From: Eledone cirrhosa
Lineage: Eukaryota
Assembly: GCA_964016885.1 (NCBI GenBank)
Contig: OZ024758.1
Span: 37,324,001 to 37,388,000, forward strand
Reading direction: 5' to 3'
DNA: 64,000 nt
Part shown: positions 1-13,900 of the stretch, piece by piece
Layout: each line of letters opens with the position of its first letter
Position numbering within the stretch: position 1 is the stretch's first letter
Program-made: the position numbers and the translations under genes
The notes under the pieces: model-generated
What the model was told of the DNA's origin: nothing
Database searches by the model: none
Seen by the model: only the letters and a program-made list of their open reading frames with translations

Positions 1-3000
1 AGTAACTCCAATGTTGGTGAGAATTCATTTAAGTTCATGGTATTAGCTGTCAGAAGTAACTCCACTGTTGGTGAGAATTCATTTAAGTTCATGGTATTAG
101 CTGTCAGAAGTAACTCCACTGTTGGTGAGAATTCATTTAAGCCATGGTATTAGCTGTCAGAAGTAACTCCAATGTTGGTGAGAATTTATTTAAGTTCATG
201 GTATTAGCTGTCAGAAGTCACTCCACTGTTGGTGAGAATTCATTTAAGTTCATGGTACTAGCTGTCAGAAGTAACCCCAATGTTGGTGAGAATTCATTTA
301 AGTTCATGGTATTAGCTGTCAGAAGTCACTCCAATGTTGGTGAGAATTCATTTAAGTTCATGGTATTAGCTGTCAGAAGTAACTCCATTGTTGGTGAGAA
401 TTCATTTAAGTCATGGTACTAGCTGTCAGAAGTAACTCCAATGTTTGTGAGAATTCATTTAAGTCATGGTACTAGCTGTCAGAAGTAACTCCAATGTTGG
501 TGAGAATTCATTTAAGTTCATGGTATTAGCTGTCAGAAGGAACTCCACTGTTGGTGAGAATTCATTTAAGTTCATGGTATTAGCTGTCAGAAGTAACTCC
601 ACTGTTGGTGAGAATTCATTTAAGTTCATGGTATTAGCTGTCAGAAGTAACTCCACTGTTGGTGAGAATTCATTTAAGTTCATGGTACTAGCTGTCAGAA
701 GTAACTCCAATGTTGGTGAGAATTCATTTAAGTTCATGGTATTAGCTGTCAGAAGTAACTCCACTGTTGGTGAGAATTCATTTAAGTCATGGTATTTATT
801 AGCTGTCAGAAGTAACACCAATGTTGGTGAGAATTCATTTAAGTTCATGGTATTAGCTGTCAGAAGTAACTCCACTGTTGGTGAGAATTCATTTAAGTTC
901 ATGGTATTAGCTGTCAGAAGTAACTCCACTGTTGGTGAGAATTCATTTAAGTTCATGGTACTAGCTGTCAGAAGTAACTCCACTGTTGTTGAGAATTCAT
1001 TTAAGTTCATGGTATTAGTTTGTCAGAAGTAACTCCACTGTTGGTGAGAATTCATTTAAGTCATGGTATTAGTTGTCAGAAGTAACTCCAATGTTGGTGA
1101 GAATTCATTTAAGTTCATGGTACTAGCTGTCAGAAGTAACTCCACTGTTGGTGAGAATTCATTTAAGTCATGGTAGTAGCTGTCAGAAGTAACTCCAATG
1201 TTGGTGAGAATTCATTTAAGTTCATGGTATTAGCTGTCAGAAGTCACTCCACTGTTGGTGAGAATTCATTTAAGTTCATGGTACTAGCTGTCAGAAGTAA
1301 CCCAATGTTGGTGAGAATTCATTTAAGTTCATGGTATTAGCTGTCAGAAGTCACTCCAATGTTGGTGAGAATTCATTTAAGTTCATGGTATTAGCTGTCA
1401 GAAGTAACTCCACTGTTGGTGAGAATTCATTTAAGTTCATGGTATTAGCTGTCAGAAGTAACTCCACTGTTGGTGAGAATTCATTTAAGTTCATGGTATT
1501 AGCTGTCAGAAGTAACTCCACTGTTGGTGAGAATTCATTTAAGTTCATGGTATTAGCTGTCAGAAGGAACTCCAATGTTGGTGAGAATTCATTTAAGTCA
1601 TGGTATTAGCTGACAGAAGGAACGCCACTGTTGGTGAGAATTCATTTAAGTTCATGGTATTAGCTGTCAGAAGTAACTCCACTGTTGGTGAGAATTCATT
1701 TAAGTTCATGGTACTAGCTGTCAGAAGTAACTCCAATGTTGGTGAGAATTCATTTAAGTTCATGGTATTAGCTGTCAGAAGGAACTCCACTGTTGCTGAG
1801 AATGCATTTAAGTTCATGGTATTAGCTGTCAGAAGTAACTCCACTGTTGGTGAGAATTCATTTTAGTTCATGGTACTAGCTGTCAGAAGTAACTCCACTG
1901 TTGGTGAGAATTCATTTAAGTTCATGGTATTAGCTGTCAGAAGTCACTCCAATGTTGGTGAGAATTCATTTAAGTTCATGGTATTAGCTGTCAGAAGTCA
2001 CTCCACTGTTGGTGAGAATTCATTTAAGTTCATGGTACTAGCTGTCAGAAGTAACCCCAATGTTGGTGAGAATTCATTTAAGTTCATGGTATTAGCTGTC
2101 AGAAGTCACTCCAATGTTGGTGAGAATTCATTTAAGTTCATGGTATTAGCTGTCAGAAGTAACTCCACTGTTGGTGAGAATTCATTTAAGTTCATGGTAT
2201 TAGCTGTCAGAAGTAACTCCACTGTTGGTGAGAATTCATTTAAGTTCATGGTATTAGCTGTCAGAAGGAACTCCACTGTTGGTGAGAATTCATTTAAGTT
2301 CATGGTACTAGCTGTCAGAAGTAACTCCACTGTTGGTGAGAATTCATTTAAGTTCATGGTATTAGTTTGTCAGAAGTAACTCCACTGTTGGTGAGAATTC
2401 ATTTAAGTCATGGTACTAGCTGTCAGAAGTAACTCCACTGTTGGTGAGAATTCATTTAAGTTCATGGTATTAGCTGTCAGAAGTAACTCCACTGTTGGTG
2501 AGAATTCATTTAAGTTCATGGTATTAGCTGTCAGAAGTAACTCCACTGTTGGTGAGAATTCATTTAAGTTCATGGTATTAGCTGTTAGATGGAACTCCAA
2601 TGTTGGTGAGAATTCATTTAAGTCATGGTACTAGCTGTCAGAAGTAACTCCACTGTTGGTGAGAATTCATTTAAGTTCATGGTATTAGCTGTCAGAAGGA
2701 ACGCCACTGTTGGTGAGAATTCATTTAAGTTAATGGTATTAGCTGTCAGAAGTAACTCCACTGTTGGTGAGAATTCATTTAAGTTCATGGTACTAGGTGT
2801 CAGAAGTAACTCCAATGTTGGTGAGAATTCATTTAAGTTCATGGTATTAGCTGTCAGAAGGAACTCCACTGTTGCTGAGAATTCATTTAAGTTCATGGTA
2901 TTAGCTGTCAGAAGTAACTCCAATGTTGGTGAGAATTCATTTAAGTTCATGGTATTAGCTGTCAGAAGTAACTCCACTGTTGGTGAGAATTCATTTAAGT

Positions 3001-6000
3001 TCATGGTATTAGCTGTCAGAAGTAACTCCACTGTTGGTGAGAATTCATTTAAGTCATGGTATTAGCTGTCAGAAGTAACTCCAATGTTGGTGAGAATTCA
3101 TTTAAGTTCATGGTACTAGCTGTCAGAAGTAACTCCACTGTTGGTGAGAATTCATTTAAGTCATGGTATTAGCTGTCAGAAGTAACTCCAATGTTGGTGA
3201 GAATTCATTTAAGTTCATGGTATTAGCTGTCAGAAGTCACTCCACTGTTGGTGAGAATTCATTTAAGTTCATGGTACTAGCTGTCAGAAGTAACCCAATG
3301 TTGGTGAGAATTCATTTAAGTTCATGGTATTAGCTGTCAGAAGTCACTCCAATGTTGGTGAGAATTCATTTAAGTTCATGGTATTAGCTGTCAGAAGTAA
3401 CTCCACTGTTGGTGAGAATTCATTTAAGTTCATGGTATTAGCTGTCAGAAGTAACTCCACTGTTGGTGAGAATTCATTTAAGTTCATGGTATTAGCTGTC
3501 AGAAGTAACTCCACTGTTGGTGAGAATTCATTTAAGTTCATGGTATTAGCTGTCAGAAGGAACTCCAATGTTGGTGAGAATTCATTTAAGTCATGGTATT
3601 AGCTGACAGAAGGAACGCCACTGTTGGTGAGAATTCATTTAAGTTCATGGTATTAGCTGTCAGAAGTAACTCCACTGTTGGTGAGAATTCATTTAAGTTC
3701 ATGGTACTAGCTGTCAGAAGTAACTCCAATGTTGGTGAGAATTCATTTAAGTTCATGGTATTAGCTGTCAGAAGGAACTCCACTGTTGCTGAGAATGCAT
3801 TTAAGTTCATGGTATTAGCTGTCAGAAGTAACTCCACTGTTGGTGAGAATTCATTTAAGTTCATGGTACTAGCTGTCAGAAGTAACTCCACTGTTGGTGA
3901 GAATTCATTTAAGTTCATGGTATTAGCTGTCAGAAGTCACTCCAATGTTGGTGAGAATTCATTTAAGTTCATGGTATTAGCTGTCAGAAGTCACTCCACT
4001 GTTGGTGAGAATTCATTTAAGTTCATGGTACTAGCTGTCAGAAGTAACCCCAATGTTGGTGAGAATTCATTTAAGTTCATGGTATTAGCTGTCAGAAGTC
4101 ACTCCAATGTTGGTGAGAATTCATTTAAGTTCATGGTATTAGCTGTCAGAAGTAACTCCACTGTTGGTGAGAATTCATTTAAGTTCATGGTATTAGCTGT
4201 CAGAAGTAACTCCACTGTTGGTGAGAATTCATTTAAGTTCATGGTATTAGCTGTCAGAAGGAACTCCACTGTTGGTGAGAATTCATTTAAGTTCATGGTA
4301 CTAGCTGTCAGAAGTAACTCCACTGTTGGTGAGAATTCATTTAAGTTCATGGTATTAGTTTGTCAGAAGTAACTCCACTGTTGGTGAGAATTCATTTAAG
4401 TCATGTTACTAGCTGTCAGAAGTAACTCCACTGTTGGTGAGAATTCATTTAAGTTCATGGTATTAGCTGTCAGAAGTAACTCCACTGTTGGTGAGAATTC
4501 ATTTAAGTTCATGGTATTAGCTGTCAGAAGTAACTCCACTGTTGGTGAGAATTCATTTAAGTTCATGGTATTAGCTGTTAGATGGAACTCCAATGTTGGT
4601 GAGAATTCATTTAAGTCATGGTACTAGCTGTCAGAAGTAACTCCACTGTTGGTGAGAATTCATTTAAGTTCATGGTATTAGCTGTCAGAAGGAACGCCAC
4701 TGTTGATGAGAATTCATTTAAGTTAATGGTATTAGCTGTCAGAAGTAACTCCACTGTTGGTGAGAATTCATTTAAGTTCATGGTACTAGGTGTCAGAAGT
4801 AACTCCAATGTTGGTGAGAATTCATTTAAGTTCATGGTATTAGCTGTCAGAAGTAACTCCAATGTTGGTGAGAATTCATTTAAGTTCATGGTATTAGCTG
4901 TCAGAAGTAACTCCACTGTTGGTGAGAATTCATTTAAGTTCATGGTATTAGCTGTCAGAAGTAACTCCACTGTTGGTGAGAATTCATTTAAGCCATGGTA
5001 TTAGCTGTCAGAAGTAACTCCAATGTTGGTGAGAATTTATTTAAGTTCATGGTATTAGCTGTCAGAAGTCACTCCACTGTTGGTGAGAATTCATTTAAGT
5101 TCATGGTACTAGCTGTCAGAAGTAACCCCAATGTTGGTGAGAATTCATTTAAGTTCATGGTATTAGCTGTCAGAAGTCACTCCAATGTTGGTGAGAATTC
5201 ATTTAAGTTCATGGTATTAGCTGTCAGAAGTAACTCCATTGTTGGTGAGAATTCATTTAAGTCATGGTACTAGCTGTCAGAAGTAACTCCAATGTTTGTG
5301 AGAATTCATTTAAGTCATGGTACTAGCTGTCAGAAGTAACTCCAATGTTGGTGAGAATTCATTTAAGTTCATGGTATTAGCTGTCAGAAGGAACTCCACT
5401 GTTGGTGAGAATTCATTTAAGTTCATGGTATTAGCTGTCAGAAGTAACTCCACTGTTGGTGAGAATTCATTTAAGTTCATGGTATTAGCTGTCAGAAGTA
5501 ACTCCACTGTTGGTGAGAATTCATTTAAGTTCATGGTACTAGCTGTCAGAAGTAACTCCAATGTTGGTGAGAATTCATTTAAGTTCATGGTATTAGCTGT
5601 CAGAAGTAACTCCACTGTTGGTGAGAATTCATTTAAGTCATGGTATTTATTAGCTGTCAGAAGTAACACCAATGTTGGTGAGAATTCATTTAAGTTCATG
5701 GTATTAGCTGTCAGAAGTAACTCCACTGTTGGTGAGAATTCATTTAAGTTCATGGTATTAGCTGTCAGAAGTAACTCCACTGTTGGTGAGAATTCATTTA
5801 AGTTCATGGTACTAGCTGTCAGAAGTAACTCCACTGTTGTTGAGAATTCATTTAAGTTCATGGTATTAGTTTGTCAGAAGTAACTCCACTGTTGGTGAGA
5901 ATTCATTTAAGTCATGGTATTAGTTGTCAGAAGTAACTCCAATGTTGGTGAGAATTCATTTAAGTTCATGGTACTAGCTGTCAGAAGTAACTCCACTGTT

Positions 6001-7940
6001 GGTGAGAATTCATTTAAGTCATGGTATTAGCTGTCAGAAGTAACTCCAATGTTGGTGAGAATTCATTTAAGTTCATGGTATTAGCTGTCAGAAGTCACTC
6101 CACTGTTGGTGAGAATTCATTTAAGTTCATGGTACTAGCTGTCAGAAGTAACCCAATGTTGGTGAGAATTCATTTAAGTTCATGGTATTAGCTGTCAGAA
6201 GTCACTCCAATGTTGGTGAGAATTCATTTAAGTTCATGGTATTAGCTGTCAGAAGTAACTCCACTGTTGGTGAGAATTCATTTAAGTTCATGGTATTAGC
6301 TGTCAGAAGTAACTCCACTGTTGGTGAGAATTCATTTAAGTTCATGGTATTAGCTGTCAGAAGTAACTCCACTGTTGGTGAGAATTCATTTAAGTTCATG
6401 GTATTAGCTGTCAGAAGGAACTCCAATGTTGGTGAGAATTCATTTAAGTCATGGTATTAGCTGACAGAAGGAACGCCACTGTTGGTGAGAATTCATTTAA
6501 GTTCATGGTATTAGCTGTCAGAAGTAACTCCACTGTTGGTGAGAATTCATTTAAGTTCATGGTACTAGCTGTCAGAAGTAACTCCAATGTTGGTGAGAAT
6601 TCATTTAAGTTCATGGTATTAGCTGTCAGAAGGAACTCCACTGTTGCTGAGAATGCATTTAAGTTCATGGTATTAGCTGTCAGAAGTAACTCCACTGTTG
6701 GTGAGAATTCATTTTAGTTCATGGTACTAGCTGTCAGAAGTAACTCCACTGTTGGTGAGAATTCATTTAAGTTCATGGTATTAGCTGTCAGAAGTCACTC
6801 CAATGTTGGTGAGAATTCATTTAAGTTCATGGTATTAGCTGTCAGAAGTCACTCCACTGTTGGTGAGAATTCATTTAAGTTCATGGTACTAGCTGTCAGA
6901 AGTAACCCCAATGTTGGTGAGAATTCATTTAAGTTCATGGTATTAGCTGTCAGAAGTCACTCCAATGTTGGTGAGAATTCATTTAAGTTCATGGTATTAG
7001 CTGTCAGAAGTAACTCCACTGTTGGTGAGAATTCATTTAAGTTCATGGTATTAGCTGTCAGAAGTAACTCCACTGTTGGTGAGAATTCATTTAAGTTCAT
7101 GGTATTAGCTGTCAGAAGGAACTCCACTGTTGGTGAGAATTCATTTAAGTTCATGGTACTAGCTGTCAGAAGTAACTCCACTGTTGGTGAGAATTCATTT
7201 AAGTTCATGGTATTAGTTTGTCAGAAGTAACTCCACTGTTGGTGAGAATTCATTTAAGTCATGGTACTAGCTGTCAGAAGTAACTCCACTGTTGGTGAGA
7301 ATTCATTTAAGTTCATGGTATTAGCTGTCAGAAGTAACTCCACTGTTGGTGAGAATTCATTTAAGTTCATGGTATTAGCTGTCAGAAGTAACTCCACTGT
7401 TGGTGAGAATTCATTTAAGTTCATGGTATTAGCTGTTAGATGGAACTCCAATGTTGGTGAGAATTCATTTAAGTCATGGTACTAGCTGTCAGAAGTAACT
7501 CCACTGTTGGTGAGAATTCATTTAAGTTCATGGTATTAGCTGTCAGAAGGAACGCCACTGTTGGTGAGAATTCATTTAAGTTAATGGTATTAGCTGTCAG
7601 AAGTAACTCCACTGTTGGTGAGAATTCATTTAAGTTCATGGTACTAGGTGTCAGAAGTAACTCCAATGTTGGTGAGAATTCATTTAAGTTCATGGTATTA
7701 GCTGTCAGAAGGAACTCCACTGTTGCTGAGAATTCATTTAAGTTCATGGTATTAGCTGTCAGAAGTAACTCCAATGTTGGTGAGAATTCATTTAAGTTCA
7801 TGGTATTAGCTGTCAGAAGTAACTCCACTGTTGGTGAGAATTCATTTAAGTTCATGGTATTAGCTGTCAGAAGTAACTCCACTGTTGGTGAGAATTCATT
7901 TAAGTCATGGTATTAGCTGTCAGAAGTAACTCCAATGTTG
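1..7940. repeat. Higher-order duplication, period 4851 bp (~90 monomers): about 1-3090 is repeated at about 4852-7940, with a nested 1993-bp period
   Basis: Rare variants recur at +4851: GCCATGG 141/4992 and TTTTAGTTC 1861/6712. ORF boundaries do too: 144/4995, 466/5317, 1870/6721, 2625/7476. Nested +1993: 1331/3324, 1600/3593, 2410/4403. Ends are approximate. Confidence 0.9.
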
Positions 7941-10900
7941 GTGAGAATTTATTTAAGTTCATGGTATTAGCTGTCAGAAGTCACTCCACTGTTGGTGAGA
8001 ATTCATTTAAGTTCATGGTACTAGCTGTCAGAAGTAACCCCAATGTTGGTGAGAATTCATTTAAGTTCATGGTATTAGCTGTCAGAAGTCACTCCAATGT
8101 TGGTGAGAATTCATTTAAGTTCATGGTATTAGCTGTCAGAAGTAACTCCACTGTTGGTGAGAATTCATTTAAGTTCATGGTATTAGCTGTCAGAAGTAAC
8201 TCCACTGTTGGTGAGAATTCATTTAAGTTCATGGTATTAGCTGTCAGAAGTAACTCCACTGTTGGTGAGAATTCATTTAAGTTCATGGTACTAGCTGTCA
8301 GAAGTAACTCCACTGTTGGTGAGAATTCATTTAAGTTCATGGTATTAGCTGTCAGAAGTAACTCCACTGTTGGTGAGAATTCATTTAAGTTCATGGTACT
8401 AGCTGTCAGAAGTAACTCCACTGTTGGTGAGAATTCATTTAAGTTCATGGTATTAGCTGTCAGAAGTCACTCCAATGTTGGTGAGAATTCATTTAAGTTC
8501 ATGGTATTAGCTGTCAGAAGTCACTCCACTGTTGGTGAGAATTCATTTAAGTTCATGGTACTAGCTGTCAGAAGTAACCCCAATGTTGGTGAGAATTCAT
8601 TTAAGTTCATGGTATTAGCTGTCAGAAGTCACTCCAATGTTGGTGAGAATTCATTTAAGTTCATGGTATTAGCTGTCAGAAGTAACTCCACTGTTGGTGA
8701 GAATTCATTTAAGTTCATGGTATTAGCTGTCAGAAGTAACTCCACTGTTGGTGAGAATTCATTTAAGTTCATGGTATTAGCTGTCAGAAGGAACTCCACT
8801 GTTGGTGAGAATTCATTTAAGTTCATGGTACTAGCTGTCAGAAGTAACTCCACTGTTGGTGAGAATTCATTTAAGTTCATGGTATTAGTTTGTCAGAAGT
8901 AACTCCACTGTTGGTGAGAATTCATTTAAGTCATGGTACTAGCTGTCAGAAGTAACTCCACTGTTGGTGAGAATTCATTTAAGTTCATGGTATTAGCTGT
9001 CAGAAGTAACTCCACTGTTGGTGAGAATTCATTTAAGTTCATGGTATTAGCTGTCAGAAGTAACTCCACTGTTGGTGAGAATTCATTTAAGTTCATGGTA
9101 TTAGCTGTCAGAAGTAACTCCACTGTTGGTGAGAATTCATTTAAGTTCATGGTATTAGCTGTTAGATGGAACTCCAATGTTGGTGAGAATTCATTTAAGT
9201 CATGGTACTAGCTGTCAGAAGTAACTCCACTGTTGGTGAGAATTCATTTAAGTTCATGGTATTAGCTGTCAGAAGGAACGCCACTGTTGGTGAGAATTCA
9301 TTTAAGTTAATGGTATTAGCTGTCAGAAGTAACTCCACTGTTGGTGAGAATTCATTTAAGTTCATGGTACTAGGTGTCAGAAGTAACTCCAATGTTGGTG
9401 AGAATTCATTTAAGTTCATGGTATTAGCTGTCAGAAGTAACTCCAATGTTGGTGAGAATTCATTTAAGTTCATGGTATTAGCTGTCAGAAGTAACTCCAC
9501 TGTTGGTGAGAATTCATTTAAGTTCATGGTATTAGCTGTCAGAAGTAACTCCACTGTTGGTGAGAATTCATTTAAGTCATGGTATTAGCTGTCAGAAGTA
9601 ACTCCAATGTTGGTGAGAATTTATTTAAGTTCATGGTATTAGCTGTCAGAAGTCACTCCACTGTTGGTGAGAATTCATTTAAGTTCATGGTACTAGCTGT
9701 CAGAAGTAACCCCAATGTTGGTGAGAATTCATTTAAGTTCATGGTATTAGCTGTCAGAAGTCACTCCAATGTTGGTGAGAATTCATTTAAGTTCATGGTA
9801 TTAGCTGTCAGAAGTAACTCCATTGTTGGTGAGAATTCATTTAAGTCATGGTACTAGCTGTCAGAAGTAACTCCAATGTTTGTGAGAATTCATTTAAGTC
9901 ATGGTACTAGCTGTCAGAAGTAACTCCAATGTTGGTGAGAATTCATTTAAGTTCATGGTATTAGCTGTCAGAAGGAACTCCACTGTTGGTGAGAATTCAT
10001 TTAAGTTCATGGTATTAGCTGTCAGAAGTAACTCCACTGTTGGTGAGAATTCATTTAAGTCATGGTATTTATTAGCTGTCAGAAGTAACACCAATGTTGG
10101 TGAGAATTCATTTAAGTTCATGGTATTAGCTGTCAGAAGTAACTCCACTGTTGGTGAGAATTCATTTAAGTTCATGGTATTAGCTGTCAGAAGTAACTCC
10201 ACTGTTGGTGAGAATTCATTTAAGCTCATGGTACTAGCTGTCAGAAGTAACTCCACTGTTGTTGAGAATTCATTTAAGTTCATGGTATTAGTTTGTCAGA
10301 AGTAACTCCACTGTTGGTGAGAATTCATTTAAGTCATGGTATTAGTTGTCAGAAGTAACTCCAATGTTGGTGAGAATTCATTTAAGTTCATGGTACTAGC
10401 TGTCAGAAGTAACTCCACTGTTGGTGAGAATTCATTTAAGTCATGGTATTAGCTGTCAGAAGTAACTCCAATGTTGGTGAGAATTCATTTAAGTTCATGG
10501 TATTAGCTGTCAGAAGTCACTCCACTGTTGGTGAGAATTCATTTAAGTTCATAGTACTAGCTGTCAGAAGTAACCCAATGTTGGTGAGAATTCATTTAAG
10601 TTCATGGTATTAGCTGTCAGAAGTCACTCCAATGTTGGTGAGAATTCATTTAAGTTCATGGTATTAGCTGTCAGAAGTAACTCCACTGTTGGTGAGAATT
10701 CATTTAAGTTCATGGTATTAGCTGTCAGAAGTAACTCCACTGTTGGTGAGAATTCATTTAAGTTCATGGTATTAGCTGTCAGAAGTAACTCCACTGTTGG
10801 TGAGAATTCATTTAAGTTCATGGTATTAGCTGTCAGAAGGAACTCCAATGTTGGTGAGAATTCATTTAAGTCATGGTATTAGCTGACAGAAGGAACGCCA

Positions 10901-13900
10901 CTGTTGGTGAGAATTCATTTAAGTTCATGGTATTAGCTGTCAGAAGTAACTCCACTGTTGGTGAGAATTCATTTAAGTTCATGGTACTAGCTGTCAGAAG
11001 TAACTCCAATGTTGGTGAGAATTCATTTAAGTTCATGGTATTAGCTGTCAGAAGGAACTCCACTGTTGCTGAGAATGCATTTAAGTTCATGGTATTAGCT
11101 GTCAGAAGTAACTCCACTGTTGGTGAGAATTCATTTAAGTTCATGGTACTAGCTGTCAGAAGTAACTCCACTGTTGGTGAGAATTCATTTAAGTTCATGG
11201 TATTAGCTGTCAGAAGTCACTCCAATGTTGGTGAGAATTCATTTAAGTTCATGGTATTAGCTGTCAGAAGTCACTCCACTGTTGGTGAGAATTCATTTAA
11301 GTTCATGGTACTAGCTGTCAGAAGTAACCCCAATGTTGGTGAGAATTCATTTAAGTTCATGGTATTAGCTGTCAGAAGTCACTCCAATGTTGGTGAGAAT
11401 TCATTTAAGTTCATGGTATTAGCTGTCAGAAGTAACTCCACTGTTGGTGAGAATTCATTTAAGTTCATGGTATTAGCTGTCAGAAGTAACTCCACTGTTG
11501 GTGAGAATTCATTTAAGTTCATGGTATTAGCTGTCAGAAGGAACTCCACTGTTGGTGAGAATTCATTTAAGTTCATGGTACTAGCTGTCAGAAGTAACTC
11601 CACTGTTGGTGAGAATTCATTTAAGTTCATGGTATTAGTTTGTCAGAAGTAACTCCACTGTTGGTGAGAATTCATTTAAGTCATGGTACTAGCTGTCAGA
11701 AGTAACTCCACTGTTGGTGAGAATTCATTTAAGTTCATGGTATTAGCTGTCAGAAGTAACTCCACTGTTGGTGAGAATTCATTTAAGTTCATGGTATTAG
11801 CTGTCAGAAGTAACTCCACTGTTGGTGAGAATTCATTTAAGTTCATGGTATTAGCTGTTAGATGGAACTCCAATGTTGGTGAGAATTCATTTAAGTCATG
11901 GTACTAGCTGTCAGAAGTAACTCCACTGTTGGTGAGAATTCATTTAAGTTCATGGTATTAGCTGTCAGAAGGAACGCCACTGTTGGTGAGAATTCATTTA
12001 AGTTAATGGTATTAGCTGTCAGAAGTAACTCCACTGTTGGTGAGAATTCATTTAAGTTCATGGTACTAGGTGTCAGAAGTAACTCCAATGTTGGTGAGAA
12101 TTCATTTAAGTTCATGGTATTAGCTGTCAGAAGGAACTCCACTGTTGCTGAGAATTCATTTAAGTTCATGGTATTAGCTGTCAGAAGTAACTCCAATGTT
12201 GGTGAGAATTCATTTAAGTTCATGGTATTAGCTGTCAGAAGTAACTCCACTGTTGGTGAGAATTCATTTAAGTTCATGGTATTAGCTGTCAGAAGTAACT
12301 CCACTGTTGGTGAGAATTCATTTAAGTCATGGTATTAGCTGTCAGAAGTAACTCCAATGTTGGTGAGAATTTATTTAAGTTCATGGTATTAGCTGTCAGA
12401 AGTCACTCCACTGTTGGTGAGAATTCATTTAAGTTCATGGTACTAGCTGTCAGAAGTAACCCCAATGTTGGTGAGAATTCATTTAAGTTCATGATATTAG
12501 CTGTCAGAAGTCACTCCAATGTTGGTGAGAATTCATTTAAGTTCATGGTATTAGCTGTCAGAAGTAACTCCACTGTTGGTGAGAATTCATTTAAGTTCAT
12601 GGTATTAGCTGTCAGAAGTAACTCCACTGTTGGTGAGAATTCATTTAAGTTCATGGTATTAGCTGTCAGAAGTAACTCCACTGTTGGTGAGAATTCATTT
12701 AAGTTCATGGTACTAGCTGTCAGAAGTAACTCCAATGTTGGTGAGAATTCATTTAAGTTCATGGTATTAGCTGTCAGAAGTAACTCCACTGTTGGTGAGA
12801 ATTCATTTAAGTCATGGTATTTATTAGCTGTCAGAAGTAACACCAATGTTGGTGAGAATTCATTTAAGTTCATGGTATTAGCTGTCAGAAGTAACTCCAC
12901 TGTTGGTGAGAATTCATTTAAGTTCATGGTATTAGCTGTCAGAAGTAACTCCACTGTTGGTGAGAATTCATTTAAGTTCATGGTACTAGCTGTCAGAAGT
13001 AACTCCACTGTTGTTGAGAATTCATTTAAGTTCATGGTATTAGTTTGTCAGAAGTAACTCCACTGTTGGTGAGAATTCATTTAAGTCATGGTATTAGTTG
13101 TCAGAAGTAACTCCAATGTTGGTGAGAATTCATTTAAGTTCATGGTATTAGCTGTCAGAAGTAACTCCACTGTTGGTGAGAATTCATTTAAGTTCATGGT
13201 ATTAGCTGTCAGAAGTAACTCCACTGTTGGTGAGAATTCATTTAAGTTCATGGTATTAGCTGACAGAAGGAACGCCACTGTTGGTGAGAATTCATTTAAG
13301 TTCATGGTATTAGCTGTCAGAAGTAACTCCACTGTTGGTGAGAATTCATTTAAGTTCATGGTACTAGCTGTCAGAAGGAACTCCACTGTTGCTGAGAATT
13401 CATTTAAGTTCATGGTATTAGCTGTCAGAAGTAACTCCACTGTTGGTGAGAATTCATTTAAGTTCATGGTACTAGCTGTCAGAAGTAACTCCACTGTTGG
13501 TGAGAATTCATTTAAGTTCATGGTATTAGCTGTCAGAAGTCACTCCAATGTTGGTGAGAATTCATTTAAGTTCATGGTATTAGCTGTCAGAAGTCACTCC
13601 ACTGTTGGTGAGAATTCATTTAAGTTCATGGTACTAGCTGTCAGAAGTAACCCCAATGTTGGTGAGAATTCATTTAAGTTCATGGTATTAGCTGTCAGAA
13701 GTAACTCCACTGTTGGTGAGAATTCATTTAAGTTCATGGTACTAGCTGTCAGAAGTAACTCCAATGTTGGTGAGAATTCATTTAAGTTCATGGTATTAGC
13801 TGTCAGAAGGAACTCCACTGTTGCTGAGAATGCATTTAAGTTCATGGTATTAGCTGTCAGAAGTAACTCCACTGTTGGTGAGAATTCATTTAAGTTCATG

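Noticed and set aside
55-108. CpG absence (0 CpG, 9 TpG/CpA) as evidence of methylation decay
   Set aside because: Only about 2 CpG are expected in 54 bp of this composition, so zero is not informative. Several variants that create CpG persist in multiple copies.
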